Below are positions 1 through 9,208 of a stretch of DNA of 64,000 nt, piece by piece; within the stretch, counting starts at the first letter, position 1; the number at the start of each line of letters is the position of its first letter. The notes below the pieces were generated by a model that saw only the letters and a list, made by a program, of their open reading frames with translations, searched no databases and was not told the origin of the DNA. Location of the stretch: the sequence record LR756508.1; one strand, given 5' to 3'. Position numbers and translations under genes: made by a program.

Positions 1-1
1 G

Positions 2-193
2 CAAACCTCTGATGCCCCTGCACCAGGATCGGTCGAAGCTCCTACTCCAAGCCGAGAACCCGCTCGGGAAGAAAACAATTATCAAACCAGGAGGGTAGAA
101 AAAGATGAGCCGAAAGATACCGATAGAGTTCAAACAGACGGCGGACACTCAAGAAAGAAAGAACAAACCGAGAGAGTAGAGTTTGACAACTAA
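2..193 (+). CDS. 3' end of a hypothetical protein (partial, begins before the window)
   Basis: Open frame from base 2 (QTSDAPAPGSVEAPTPSREP...VEFDN) to TAA at 191-193; not in the ORF track because it has no start in the window. Confidence 0.6.
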   Translation, partial: QTSDAPAPGSVEAPTPSREPAREENNYQTRRVEKDEPKDTDRVQTDGGHSRKKEQTERVEFDN

Positions 194-281
194 ACTCAGT
201 TAGGCTGGTTCTGTTTGTCTTGAGGTGAGGTTTCATCCTCACCTTTTTCTTCTTGACATCAAAATTTTGAAGCGAAAACCT

Positions 282-1613
282 ATGAACACAATATTTCGAG
301 TTTTTCTTGCCCTGTCTGCCATCTCAATAGCTGGATGCGCAGCTTTTTTCTCTGTCTCGGGTATTTCGGAGCTTTTCACGGCAAGTAAAACTTCAGTGAT
401 TGTTATGGCTGGTTCTCTGGAGTTTGGAAAGCTGGTAGCGGCAAGTTTTCTCCACCAATATTGGAGCAGGTCATCTGGCCTACTCAAAACTTACCTTACT
501 ACTGGTGTTATTGTGCTTATGATTATCACGTCTCTCGGGATTTTCGGGTTCTTAACTAATGCCTATGAACAGTCGGCTTCAAAACTTCAACAGGAAGAAA
601 CAAAAATTTCTACTTTGAGTGAGAAAGCTGACATCGTTCGAAGCGAATTGGAAAGTTTTAAAGAGAGAAGATCCAACTTGACGGACATACGAAGCCAGCA
701 AACAGAGAGGCTAAACTCTATTACGTCTAGCGACTCTCTTAATTCAAACGAAATCGGGTATCTTACGAGACAGACTCAAGATAGAATTGAATCTGCAGAT
801 AAACAACTTAATAAAGTAAATTCAAAAATATCAGTTCTCTCTGATTCTTTGTCTTCTCTTAAGTCTCGGTCAAATGAAATAAAATCTAGTTCTACTGCTC
901 GCTCAGAATTGGGTCCACTTCTTTTTGTGGCCAGGGAATTTAACACGAGTCCAGATACTGCTATTACCTGGTTTACGTTGATGATTATTTTTGTGTTTGA
1001 TCCACTGGCTGTGTCTCTCGTCTTGGCTTTTAATACCACCTTTAATATCCAGGATGATTCAGATCGCAGATCAATGAGACATGGTGAAAACGATGAAGGT
1101 GGAGGTGGAGAATACATCGACCCCCTTCAAAACGTACCCAGTCCAAAACATGCCAAAAATAATAATGAAACTTCTAAAGAATCAGAAAAAGAAGGAAAAG
1201 CGGCAAAAAAGACAGTCAGTCTTCCCGACCTAAACAAAAATAAAGGAAGTTCTAAAGAACGAAAATCTCAAAACAAAGAATCTACGGATAAACATTCTGA
1301 CAGTGAAAAAACAACTCTCTCCGTAAATGAATTGTTTAATGAAGGGAGCGGTGAAAACGAAAATAAGAAAAAAGAAGAAGATAGTTCAGATTCAAATAAA
1401 CAAAAATTTAATAAAGGTGAATTTAAGGAAGGGCCTATTTTGAAGACTTCTGACTCTAAAGAAAGCAGTAGCAATTCAGGTGATGACTTAGATGAATTTG
1501 TTGAGTCGCATAGCGGCTCTGAAGAAAACGTAGAAAATAAAAGCAGCGATTCATCCAGTACCAAACGAGTTGATTTTCATGGAGGAAAGAAAACCGAAAG
1601 AAATGACGATTAA
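282..1613 (+). CDS. Membrane-anchored coiled-coil protein with low-complexity acidic/lysine C-terminus
   Basis: Three N-terminal hydrophobic helices, heptad coiled coil, another TM segment (WFTLMIIFVFDPLAVSLVLA), then an E/K/S-rich tail; ATG at 282 preferred over GTG at 225. Confidence 0.7.
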   Translation: MNTIFRVFLALSAISIAGCAAFFSVSGISELFTASKTSVIVMAGSLEFGKLVAASFLHQYWSRSSGLLKTYLTTGVIVLMIITSLGIFGFLTNAYEQSASKLQQEETKISTLSEKADIVRSELESFKERRSNLTDIRSQQTERLNSITSSDSLNSNEIGYLTRQTQDRIESADKQLNKVNSKISVLSDSLSSLKSRSNEIKSSSTARSELGPLLFVAREFNTSPDTAITWFTLMIIFVFDPLAVSLVLAFNTTFNIQDDSDRRSMRHGENDEGGGGEYIDPLQNVPSPKHAKNNNETSKESEKEGKAAKKTVSLPDLNKNKGSSKERKSQNKESTDKHSDSEKTTLSVNELFNEGSGENENKKKEEDSSDSNKQKFNKGEFKEGPILKTSDSKESSSNSGDDLDEFVESHSGSEENVENKSSDSSSTKRVDFHGGKKTERNDD

Positions 1614-1670
1614 AGTTTTGACCTGATCTTCAAAAATAGTTTCATACATATAAGTTGATAAATCTTCAAA

Positions 1671-1735
1671 TTCATTGGCCGCCAGTCTTTTTAAGGCTGT
1701 GAACTGTTCTTTGAAGCAGTGAAGTGGTTAGTGGA
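1671..1735 (+). promoter_or_regulatory. Candidate structured leader RNA (three-way junction)
   Basis: 12-bp closing stem 1671-1682/1724-1735 with G-U pairs, hairpin CAGTC-TTTTTAA-GGCTG, hairpin CTGTT-CTTTGA-AGCAG, two TGAA linkers. Confidence 0.45.
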
Positions 1736-1777
1736 TGCTTTTTAATTTTAATTTTCAGAAAAGTAAACGAGATAACC

Positions 1778-2557
1778 ATGAGCAACAAGTCTATGCCTAA
1801 CGCCCACGTCTCTCTCAACAAAAATAGGTTAAAACACTACGAGAGAGTTAACGTAGGTCACAACTCATTTGAAAACGCAGTATTTCTTTCCGATGGAGAC
1901 GAGTTTGAGATTGAACTTGATAACCCCACTCAAGACACTTATTTAGCGAGGGTAGAGTTAAATGGAAAAAGAATTTCAACCAGTGGGGTTGTCTTGAGGC
2001 CAGGCCAGCACGTTTTTTTGGAGAGGTATCTTGAAGAAAAAAGGCGATTTAGCTTCGATACTTACAACGTGCCGAAAAGTAACTCCGACGCCATAAAAGA
2101 CAATGGAATCATTGAAGTGAAGTTTTTTAAGGAGCAAGAGACTCCAAGTTACGGCAAAACCCTCATTAAAACCGACTGGGATTTTTACGATTCCCCGATA
2201 ACTTACGAGTTCGATAGTGGAACCGAGTGGCACTCGATTAATAGCTCTTCTTCAGATTATGGGGCGACGAGCTTTACTGCTTCCACAAGTTCTAATCTAA
2301 GTACCTCTGGAGGCGAACCAGAGTCTGATGAGATTGAGACTGGAAGAGTAGAAAAAGGAAGTCAGAGTTCTCAAGATTTCGTTCAAGTCCAAGGAAACTT
2401 CAAAACTTTTGAGCGAAGAAGTGATAAAATTAAAATTCTTCCAAAGTCTTCAAAACCCGCTACTAAGCAGGATATAAGAGTTTACTGTCCAAACTGCGGA
2501 AAAAAGCTCAAAGACAGTTGGAATTTCTGCACGAAGTGTGGAACCGAGCGCCCTTAA
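1778..2557 (+). CDS. Hypothetical protein with C-terminal zinc ribbon
   Basis: C-terminal CPNC-x10-CTKC; beta-rich N-terminal domain. Confidence 0.75.
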   Translation: MSNKSMPNAHVSLNKNRLKHYERVNVGHNSFENAVFLSDGDEFEIELDNPTQDTYLARVELNGKRISTSGVVLRPGQHVFLERYLEEKRRFSFDTYNVPKSNSDAIKDNGIIEVKFFKEQETPSYGKTLIKTDWDFYDSPITYEFDSGTEWHSINSSSSDYGATSFTASTSSNLSTSGGEPESDEIETGRVEKGSQSSQDFVQVQGNFKTFERRSDKIKILPKSSKPATKQDIRVYCPNCGKKLKDSWNFCTKCGTERP

Positions 2558-2660
2558 TTGAAACATCAAAGGGTTAAATATCGTTTCTTAAAAGGTGGTA
2601 TGGCTTGCCCATGCCACCTTTTCGATTTTGCATGGTCTTTCTAACAATAATGAAACTTGT

Positions 2661-2909
2661 ATGGAACTTTACACCATTGAAGAGCTTAAAGAACTGTCAC
2701 AAGGGGACGAGATTTACGTAAAATACCTTGAGCTTCCAGCCAGTAAAGAAAATAGTTCTTACGATGGAACGTGCGAAGTCATGGTAAATAACGAGGAGTT
2801 CCTCACCACGAACAAAGAGGGAATTGAGTTCGATTATAATAAGGTTGAGAACTCTGAATTTGCCCTTATTATCGGGAGGAATAATACTCTTCAGATTTAT
2901 AAGGTGTAA
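2661..2909 (+). CDS. Hypothetical protein
   Basis: ORF with phage-like codon usage; ATG at 2661 chosen. Confidence 0.6.
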   Translation: MELYTIEELKELSQGDEIYVKYLELPASKENSSYDGTCEVMVNNEEFLTTNKEGIEFDYNKVENSEFALIIGRNNTLQIYKV

Positions 2910-3051
2910 ACCCCTTGTAACCCCTCTGCTTCATTTAAATCTCTAGTTATCGGGCTGTGAATCATAGTGTAAAGAAACATAACTCTCGCAATTCAGTTTA
3001 CATACTTAGCAACTGATTTTGACCTGGTTATAATCGCTATAACCTTAGAAA

Positions 3052-3711
3052 ATGGATTTTGTTAAGAAGTTCAAATATAAAAGTACAAAGCATGTCCCTT
3101 GGAGTCGAGAGGATTACAGGAAGTCCGACTGCCATTCTGATATAAGTTTTTTTGAAGGAAAAGAAGTTGTAATCACAGAAAAGATGGATGGCGAGGTGAG
3201 CAATATCTACCATGATGGATCTTTTCATGCCCGTTCACTTAACACACCTTATCATCCCTCTAGAGAATGGGCTGGACGTGTAGCTGGAGAGATTGGATTC
3301 AAGCTTCCAGGGGGTTGGAGAATCTGCGCAGAGAATGTTTATGCAAAGCACTCCATAAAGTATGATGACCTTAAAGCCTACATTCAAGCATTCTCGATCT
3401 GGAATAACGAGAACAGATGTTTAGACTGGGATCAGACAGAAGAATGGTGTAACCTCCTTGATATCGAACACGTTCCTGTTATCTGGAGAGGTGAGTATGA
3501 CCGCAAATTTATAGAAAACAAGTTCACACACAATAAACTTTGCGAAATGCGGGGCAGGGAGGTTGAAGGTTATGTGATGAGAACTGTTGATGGTTTTCAT
3601 TATAATGAGTTCGAAAAACATCTTGCCAAGTTTGTTCGCCAAAACCACGTTCAAACGAGCGAGCACTGGAGAAAGAAAAAAGTTGAACCAAATAAACTTA
3701 AATCGGAGTAA
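3052..3711 (+). CDS. ATP-dependent RNA ligase (short nucleotidyltransferase-domain-only type)
   Basis: Motif I EKMDG, motif III ENVY, IIIa AFSIW, IV EGYV, V KFVR. Confidence 0.85.
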   Translation: MDFVKKFKYKSTKHVPWSREDYRKSDCHSDISFFEGKEVVITEKMDGEVSNIYHDGSFHARSLNTPYHPSREWAGRVAGEIGFKLPGGWRICAENVYAKHSIKYDDLKAYIQAFSIWNNENRCLDWDQTEEWCNLLDIEHVPVIWRGEYDRKFIENKFTHNKLCEMRGREVEGYVMRTVDGFHYNEFEKHLAKFVRQNHVQTSEHWRKKKVEPNKLKSE

Positions 3712-3732
3712 TTAAAAATCAAACCTTTGGTT

Positions 3733-4131
3733 ATGGACATTTTCTGCGAAATTGATAAGCTTCATGTGGTAAAACTTCAAGATACTTTTGGATTATCACT
3801 AAACTGCAGACTCACTGTTACTCTTTGTAAGGATAAACAAAGCATGAGTTATGAAGTTTTCAACTATCTAAGAGACAATAACTGCTACGTCGAGCCATTG
3901 GAGAGAAATGATGAAGAAGTTTCGAAAGAAACAAAAAATAACAACTCTCTTCAAGTAGGAAGTAAGACTTCAATCGCTAAAGTTCTGATTACGACCACTC
4001 CATTCATTTCTAATGAAAACTTGGATGATAAAATTGAGAATCTGATTGGAGAAATTGAGTCAACAATTCGGTCGGTATATCTTAATATTAATCTTAATTT
4101 AGACGAAACCTATAATATTTCCAATGCTTAA
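3733..4131 (+). CDS. Hypothetical protein
   Basis: ORF coupled to the neighbouring genes. Confidence 0.55.
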   Translation: MDIFCEIDKLHVVKLQDTFGLSLNCRLTVTLCKDKQSMSYEVFNYLRDNNCYVEPLERNDEEVSKETKNNNSLQVGSKTSIAKVLITTTPFISNENLDDKIENLIGEIESTIRSVYLNINLNLDETYNISNA

Positions 4132-4459
4132 TATTTTTCTTGATGACAGTCGTAATCCAGAAGATGTTTATGGCGAAGGAGACGAGAGGGACTGGATAAT
4201 CTGCAGAAATCCATTTGAATTTAAAGAGGTTTTAAGAAACGAAAACTTGGATAACCGAAATCTTTTTGTGAGTTTTGACCATGACCTCGGAGAAGATGAG
4301 GACGATAAGTTAACTGAAACTGGCATGGACTGTGCGAAGTGGCTCGTTGAACAAAATATTGTTCCAGCCGATTACAACGTACACTCTGCGAATCCAGTAG
4401 GAGCAGAAAACATCCGCGTTTATATTAAAAACTGGATTGAATTTAATCAAGATGCTTAA
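4124..4459 (+). CDS. Cyclic-phosphate-processing receiver-domain protein (cREC-like)
   Basis: IFLDD-R-P, SFDHDLG, TGMDCAKWL, VHSANPVGAENI motif series. Confidence 0.8.
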   Translation: MLNIFLDDSRNPEDVYGEGDERDWIICRNPFEFKEVLRNENLDNRNLFVSFDHDLGEDEDDKLTETGMDCAKWLVEQNIVPADYNVHSANPVGAENIRVYIKNWIEFNQDA

Positions 4460-5090
4460 TCATCCGTTTTTTCGAAGCTTAGTTTCAAGCTTGCCAGTTC
4501 TTGGCTTCTGGTCTGTTGAAATTTTGATATGGGGAACTCTGCTTGTTCTTATTCCAGAGTCGACTCTTAGTTTGCCACTTGCCTTCTTCCTTTTATTCTT
4601 CTATCCAGTCCATCCTTACCTGTATAACTCCTCGAAGTTTTTCTCTAAAACGTTAAACAAAGAATTTAAAAAAAAGTATGGAAGCAAAGGCGTTCTTGCA
4701 AACTACAATGACGTTAAAGATTGGAAAGAAAAAGACGAACTCGAAGCCAAATTTTGGAGAAGCATAAAAAACAGAAAAGGTGAAGAAATTTACTGGAAAG
4801 AAGTTGAAGCTAGTTTTAACGAACCTGAGTATACGAAGTTCTATTTTCGTGGAATCTCTAGTCCAAACTATTTCATTCTTGAAGATATCTCTGGAGACCT
4901 ACATGAGGTTCATCACTGTGAGTTTCTGGACTTAACAAATAAAACCCATAAAGAAAGACTAAACGCCGAAAAACAAAAGGAGTTAAAACGAAAATTAAAA
5001 GAAGGAACTGTCTTCGAGAAAAGTCTACAAGAGCTCGAAGATAATTCAGTTAACGAGGTTTCATTCAAAAAGCTAAAAACAGGGGAGTGA
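4452..5090 (+). CDS. Hypothetical membrane protein
   Basis: Two N-terminal hydrophobic segments followed by a soluble domain. Confidence 0.6.
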   Translation: MLNHPFFRSLVSSLPVLGFWSVEILIWGTLLVLIPESTLSLPLAFFLLFFYPVHPYLYNSSKFFSKTLNKEFKKKYGSKGVLANYNDVKDWKEKDELEAKFWRSIKNRKGEEIYWKEVEASFNEPEYTKFYFRGISSPNYFILEDISGDLHEVHHCEFLDLTNKTHKERLNAEKQKELKRKLKEGTVFEKSLQELEDNSVNEVSFKKLKTGE

Positions 5091-6007
5091 GTACTTTTGA
5101 TGTCACCACAATTTATATGACCCAAGGCGTCCCTGCCTCTGGAAAAACCACATGGGCTCGCCAGAAGTTAAGAGAAGAGAATAGGATTAAACGCATCTGC
5201 AAGGATGATCTGCGTGACATGCTAGACAACGGAGAGTTTAACATGAAAAACGAACGTTATGTCTTGGATATGAGAAATGAAATGGTCGAAAGTGCACTTC
5301 TTCGAGGCAATGACATAATTCTTGATGATACAAACTTTAGCGACGACCATTGGAAAGCCATGCGAGATATTGCTAAACGCGTCGGAAATGTAAAAGTTGT
5401 TGAAATCTATTTTGAGGTAAGCCTCAAAGAAGCCAAGAAAAGAAATGAAAAAAGAAAAGAGACTGAAAGAGTTCCTGAACACATCATAGAAAACATGTTT
5501 GAAAAACACGTCAGGGGTGGAACTTCAGTATCGCAGCGAGAGGAGTTCTTTCCGAAAGCAGATCATCCTCATAGTCAAAGTCAAGCTGAAATTTTGACCG
5601 AGAGTTTTATAGTAGATTTGGATGGAACTTTAGCCTTGAACAATTCAGGTAGAGAATATAATGAGTTTCTTAAGGTTAAAGAAGATGACCCTAACATCCC
5701 TGTAGTAAGAATAGTGAATAAACTTTATGAGAGCTATGAGGATCTGGTTATCGTTACTGGACGTTCAGAGGAATGTAGAAAAGAATGCAGGGAGTGGTTA
5801 AATGTTTTTGAAATCCCTTTCGATCTGCTTTGTATGAGAGGCAAGCACGACTCGCGCCGAGACTCTGACGTAAAAAAGGAGATATACTGGGAAGTCATTC
5901 ACGATAGCCATTTTGTAAACTTTGTTATCGATGACAGGATGAGTGTAGTGAATATGTGGAGGTCACTTGGTATTCCTACTCTTCAAGTGTCTAAAGGCAC
6001 ATTTTAA
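5087..6007 (+). CDS. pseT: Polynucleotide 5'-kinase / 3'-phosphatase (T4 PseT-like)
   Basis: Walker A GVPASGKT, kinase DDTN, HAD DLDGT, VTGR and IDDR motifs; GTG start. Confidence 0.92.
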   Translation: MSTFDVTTIYMTQGVPASGKTTWARQKLREENRIKRICKDDLRDMLDNGEFNMKNERYVLDMRNEMVESALLRGNDIILDDTNFSDDHWKAMRDIAKRVGNVKVVEIYFEVSLKEAKKRNEKRKETERVPEHIIENMFEKHVRGGTSVSQREEFFPKADHPHSQSQAEILTESFIVDLDGTLALNNSGREYNEFLKVKEDDPNIPVVRIVNKLYESYEDLVIVTGRSEECRKECREWLNVFEIPFDLLCMRGKHDSRRDSDVKKEIYWEVIHDSHFVNFVIDDRMSVVNMWRSLGIPTLQVSKGTF

Positions 6008-6224
6008 GCCTCGAACTCAAATCTTCTCATACTCTCCTGTATTTAGAAATGATATACTATTGGTTTTTTGACCTAATTTTTTAAGCTCAGAAAAAGCTTG
6101 CCACAGGTTTTGTCTCTTGTACGTAAATTAAAAGTGCTTCTGTTTAGCATTATAAAACTTTTAACCATCAACTTTTCATATTATCGAAAATTAAAAAAGT
6201 TTCAAAAAGGTAATCAGAAATATT

Positions 6225-6497
6225 ATGACTGAAAACAATCTTAGTAAAAAGAAAATCTTAAAGCTTGCAAAGGGTATAAAAGAGAACGAGAATAATGGAA
6301 ATTTATCAGTCTCAGGAGTATACGTAGGAGGTGAAATTGGTTTTCCTTTAAGATTATTCTCTGAAGAAAGTGAGGTTAATCCTGGAGAACCCAAAAATTA
6401 TTCTAACGCCTACGATAAGGCTTGTTCAGTTCTGGATACTGAGAAGTGTTATTCATATGCTGAACAAGGTTTTGTATGGTTTGGCATCAAAGCTTAA
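6225..6497 (+). CDS. Hypothetical protein
   Basis: 90-aa ORF. Confidence 0.55.
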   Translation: MTENNLSKKKILKLAKGIKENENNGNLSVSGVYVGGEIGFPLRLFSEESEVNPGEPKNYSNAYDKACSVLDTEKCYSYAEQGFVWFGIKA

Positions 6498-6639
6498 TTT
6501 CCTTTAAACTACTTCTGCGAGCTACTATTTTTTCACATCTCTTTTGTACTTTAATTTTATTATTCTTCATACTCTTCTTTTCTTCCTACCTCTCTTTTTC
6601 TTTCCCTGCTTTTTTTCTTTAGTTTTCCATATTAGAGAA

Positions 6640-6675
6640 CTTAAGTACTTAAGAGTTAAAGAGTACTTGAGTACT
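6640..6675. repeat. Palindrome cluster (CTTAAGTACTTAAG plus two more AGTACT)
   Basis: Perfect 14-bp palindrome 6640-6653; AGTACT at 6644, 6662 and 6670. Confidence 0.8.
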
Positions 6676-6683
6676 GAAGTAGT

Positions 6684-7006
6684 AGAGAAAGCCCATAGCA
6701 CGTCCTCCCATCTACAGCTTCTCAGTTTGGCCGACTTATAGCCTTTCGGTTACAGTTTACAACATCTTATAAGCTGAGGTAGGGTTTTCTTACTCGTCCT
6801 TATGGCTGTAACTAACGCAGTACAGTCGCGAGTTACTAAAACTTGTAACCACCCTCCATATTTTTTTAGGTGCTAAAAGCCAACTACTCCGTGTCATTGG
6901 AGCTATGGAAGCTTGATCTCGGAGTTTTGAGTAACCATCCTGCGTCCCGTCTTGATACTTTTTTATCAGTCGGTCTCGTCGCTGGTCAACGCACAGGAGA
7001 CAGGAT
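6684..7006 (+). ncRNA. Unassigned multi-stem structured RNA candidate
   Basis: ORF-free, GC-richer than its flanks; nested stems 6686-6694/6782-6790, 6721-6725/6774-6778, 6735-6740/6768-6773, 6805-6810/6821-6826, 6941-6945/6989-6993; G-U pairs favour the + strand. Confidence 0.5.
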
Positions 7007-7486
7007 TTTAATTGAGAACGATGTTCAAAGTTAGATATAAAAAGTCATTTGCTCAGCCATCCAAATTAAAAATCTTTGCAGAAATTTTGCTATTTAGAAA
7101 TAGTTAACTTTGAATGACTCGAATTTTCTAATCAGCGGTGATACTGTATCCATCTATGAAGATGCGTTCACTGCTATAATATCGAAAATGCAGAAGTAGT
7201 TAAAATAAATGAAGATGACCTTCAAGATTAGGATATAAGCTTGATTTGAGATCGAAAAGACCGAATATCGTAAGACTCTTCATATGTAAAACAACTCATT
7301 TCTTTGCGGGAAACCAGAATTTGAGTAAAAGCACTACCTGGTTAAGATACAGTAACTAAAAAAATACTAATATATGCTTAAACTGTTGAGTTTCAGCAAA
7401 TTCTAATAAACAAGGAAACAAGGTCTATTTCAACCAGTACTTATTTTTGAATCATATATCATAATAGTTTTTAAGGGAAAATAATA

Positions 7487-7831
7487 ATGGATGGTTACTC
7501 AGAAAAAGAACTCGAAGCGGCTTACGAGACGTGGGAACCTACAGGACTACTCGCTGGTTTTGAAAAGAATGAAGCATCTAAACTTGCCGTTCAGCTCAGT
7601 GACTGCTATAATTTTGTAGAAGAAGAAAATCCAGACCTTGACAGAACTAATGGGTATGTTTTTCCTTGTATGTGCAAGGTTTTTGATCAGACTGGCTCTC
7701 TCGATATCGACTACAAGGCAATTCACACTTCCATTCAAAAAGAACTGGATGAAAATAATCCCGATTTAGAAGATATTGAAGAAGAGTCTGAGTTCTTGAA
7801 TGGGATTGTTGATGATCATTTGGAGAGTTGA
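7487..7831 (+). CDS. Small protein resembling the N-terminal region of T4-like major capsid proteins
   Basis: WEPTGLLAGF...LAVQL...FPCMCKVF pattern. Confidence 0.5.
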   Translation: MDGYSEKELEAAYETWEPTGLLAGFEKNEASKLAVQLSDCYNFVEEENPDLDRTNGYVFPCMCKVFDQTGSLDIDYKAIHTSIQKELDENNPDLEDIEEESEFLNGIVDDHLES

Positions 7832-7888
7832 GAAAATTCTGGGTTCAATAGTGATGTGCAGTAAGTTAAATGAAAGCTAAATGTAATC

Positions 7889-8068
7889 ATGTTTGTTGAA
7901 GTTGTAAATTTCGAAGAAGTTGAAAATGGGGGGGCTGATTTAGAGGTCGAATGTGACAGAGAATTTATCGATTTAGCAAAAGATCACACCGAAAAAGAAA
8001 ACGATACGGATGCTGTTCGAGAGTTCATAGTTGAAAGTATTCTTCAAAAAGCTAATACAACTGAATGA
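7889..8068 (+). CDS. Small acidic hypothetical protein (59 aa)
   Basis: MFVEVVNFEEVENGGADLEVECDREF...; stop overlaps the next ATG (ATGA); below the ORF-track cutoff. Confidence 0.65.
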   Translation: MFVEVVNFEEVENGGADLEVECDREFIDLAKDHTEKENDTDAVREFIVESILQKANTTE

Positions 8069-8532
8069 GTTACGTTAGTCTTGAGTCTGAAGAAGTGTTT
8101 CCACATGATTTAGAGAACTCTGAAGTCGAAAAAGTTGAAAACACCGGAAAGACAAAAAATATTCCCGATTCATTTCAAGTTCCAGCGGACAAAGAGCAGC
8201 TTTTAAACATCCTGTTCATTCGGGTAAATCAAATAGTGCGCGATTTATTTGGATTGAAAGAAAGAATTGAGTCGCTTGAATCGAAGTCAGATGAAAACGG
8301 AAATTCAATATTTCAGCTCCGACAAGAGCTTGAAAGCGCTCAAAATATAGTTTTGGATGCGAAAACAAAAGAAGAGATCGAGGATAAAGTTCAAGATTTA
8401 GAAGCAAAGTCTTTTGAAGTCCGAAATGAACTTAAAAATGCAGAGGACAAGGTAAAAAACATAAAGCCCGATATAGAAAAAACAAAAGAGGCAATGTATA
8501 AGTTCTTTAAAGCGATAGGAAAAGGTCACTGA
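8065..8532 (+). CDS. Coiled-coil hypothetical protein
   Basis: Heptad-rich E/K/L sequence. Confidence 0.65.
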   Translation: MSYVSLESEEVFPHDLENSEVEKVENTGKTKNIPDSFQVPADKEQLLNILFIRVNQIVRDLFGLKERIESLESKSDENGNSIFQLRQELESAQNIVLDAKTKEEIEDKVQDLEAKSFEVRNELKNAEDKVKNIKPDIEKTKEAMYKFFKAIGKGH

Positions 8533-8566
8533 GGGTGATTCTAATATTGCCTAAATTGAGAAATAG

Positions 8567-8968
8567 ATGACAAGCAAAAAAGAACTTTCTGCTGAAAACG
8601 CGAAAGACCTAAAAAATAAGACTGATACGTTTACGCAGCAGGACAAAATTTCTTTGGATTTTTTATACCAAAGAATACGAGCTGCAGCGAGCCGAGGAGA
8701 CGCAATGATTACTATTAGCTCCAAAAACAAGACTGACGACAGCCAGAGCCACCGAAACACCACCGATAAAATTTTAGGAAGTGGAAACAGGATCGATAGA
8801 GATGTTTTCGAAAAACTGGAGGAACTTGACTTTCGAGTAAAGGAGTATGAACAGCCGCTTTCTAAAGGCCATTGGAAAACGCAAATTTCCTGGAGGGACA
8901 GCGACCTAGCGAAGTTTTCTTCTTTTGCTTTTGGGCTTCGGCACGGTGGCGGCTTTCCGATTGTTTAG
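8567..8968 (+). CDS. Hypothetical protein
   Basis: 133-aa ORF. Confidence 0.6.
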   Translation: MTSKKELSAENAKDLKNKTDTFTQQDKISLDFLYQRIRAAASRGDAMITISSKNKTDDSQSHRNTTDKILGSGNRIDRDVFEKLEELDFRVKEYEQPLSKGHWKTQISWRDSDLAKFSSFAFGLRHGGGFPIV

Positions 8969-9031
8969 ATGCTGGAAAGAAAATATCTTTGGAAACAAGT
9001 CTCGACTCAAGGTATTTAACAGAATTGGAAT

Positions 9032-9119
9032 AGAGAGAGATGCGAGATGGCTCTCGCTACTGACTTGAAATCAGTGGGAACCTGAAATATGGTTTGGGGA
9101 TCGAAACCTCCTCTCTCTG
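9032..9119 (+). tRNA. tRNA-Ser(TGA), non-canonical 8/4 cloverleaf with Sec-like D arm
   Basis: Acceptor AGAGAGAG/CTCTCTCT (8 bp), 6-bp D stem with TGGC loop, anticodon loop CT-TGA-AA, long V arm, 4-bp T stem with ATCGAAA loop, G73, no CCA. Confidence 0.85.
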
Positions 9120-9127
9120 CAACACAA

Positions 9128-9202
9128 GCGGGTGTAGATCAAGCGGCAGATCACTGGACTTCCATTCCAGAGGTTTTGTAGTTTCGACTACTACCACCCG
9201 CT
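9128..9202 (+). tRNA. tRNA-Gly(TCC)
   Basis: GCGGGTG/CACCCGC acceptor, loop CT-TCC-AT, TTCGACT T loop, U73, no CCA. Confidence 0.9.
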
Positions 9203-9208
9203 CTTTTA

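Noticed and set aside
1695-1725. Hammerhead ribozyme (CTGTGA...GAA)
   Set aside because: Lacks the CUGAUGA core, GAAA and the NUH cleavage triplet in the required geometry.
6544-6741. 65-aa + strand ORF in the track
   Set aside because: It is a translation of the pyrimidine tract and palindromes, with composition unlike real genes here.
7021-7480. Possible decayed gene in the ORF-free gap
   Set aside because: Only short coding-like stretches broken by stops in all frames; nothing recognisable.
9032-9119. tRNA-Sec / selenocysteine system
   Set aside because: The anticodon is UGA (reads UCA, Ser), not UCA; the fold is 8/4 rather than 8/5; no selA/selB/selD or SECIS evidence in the window.
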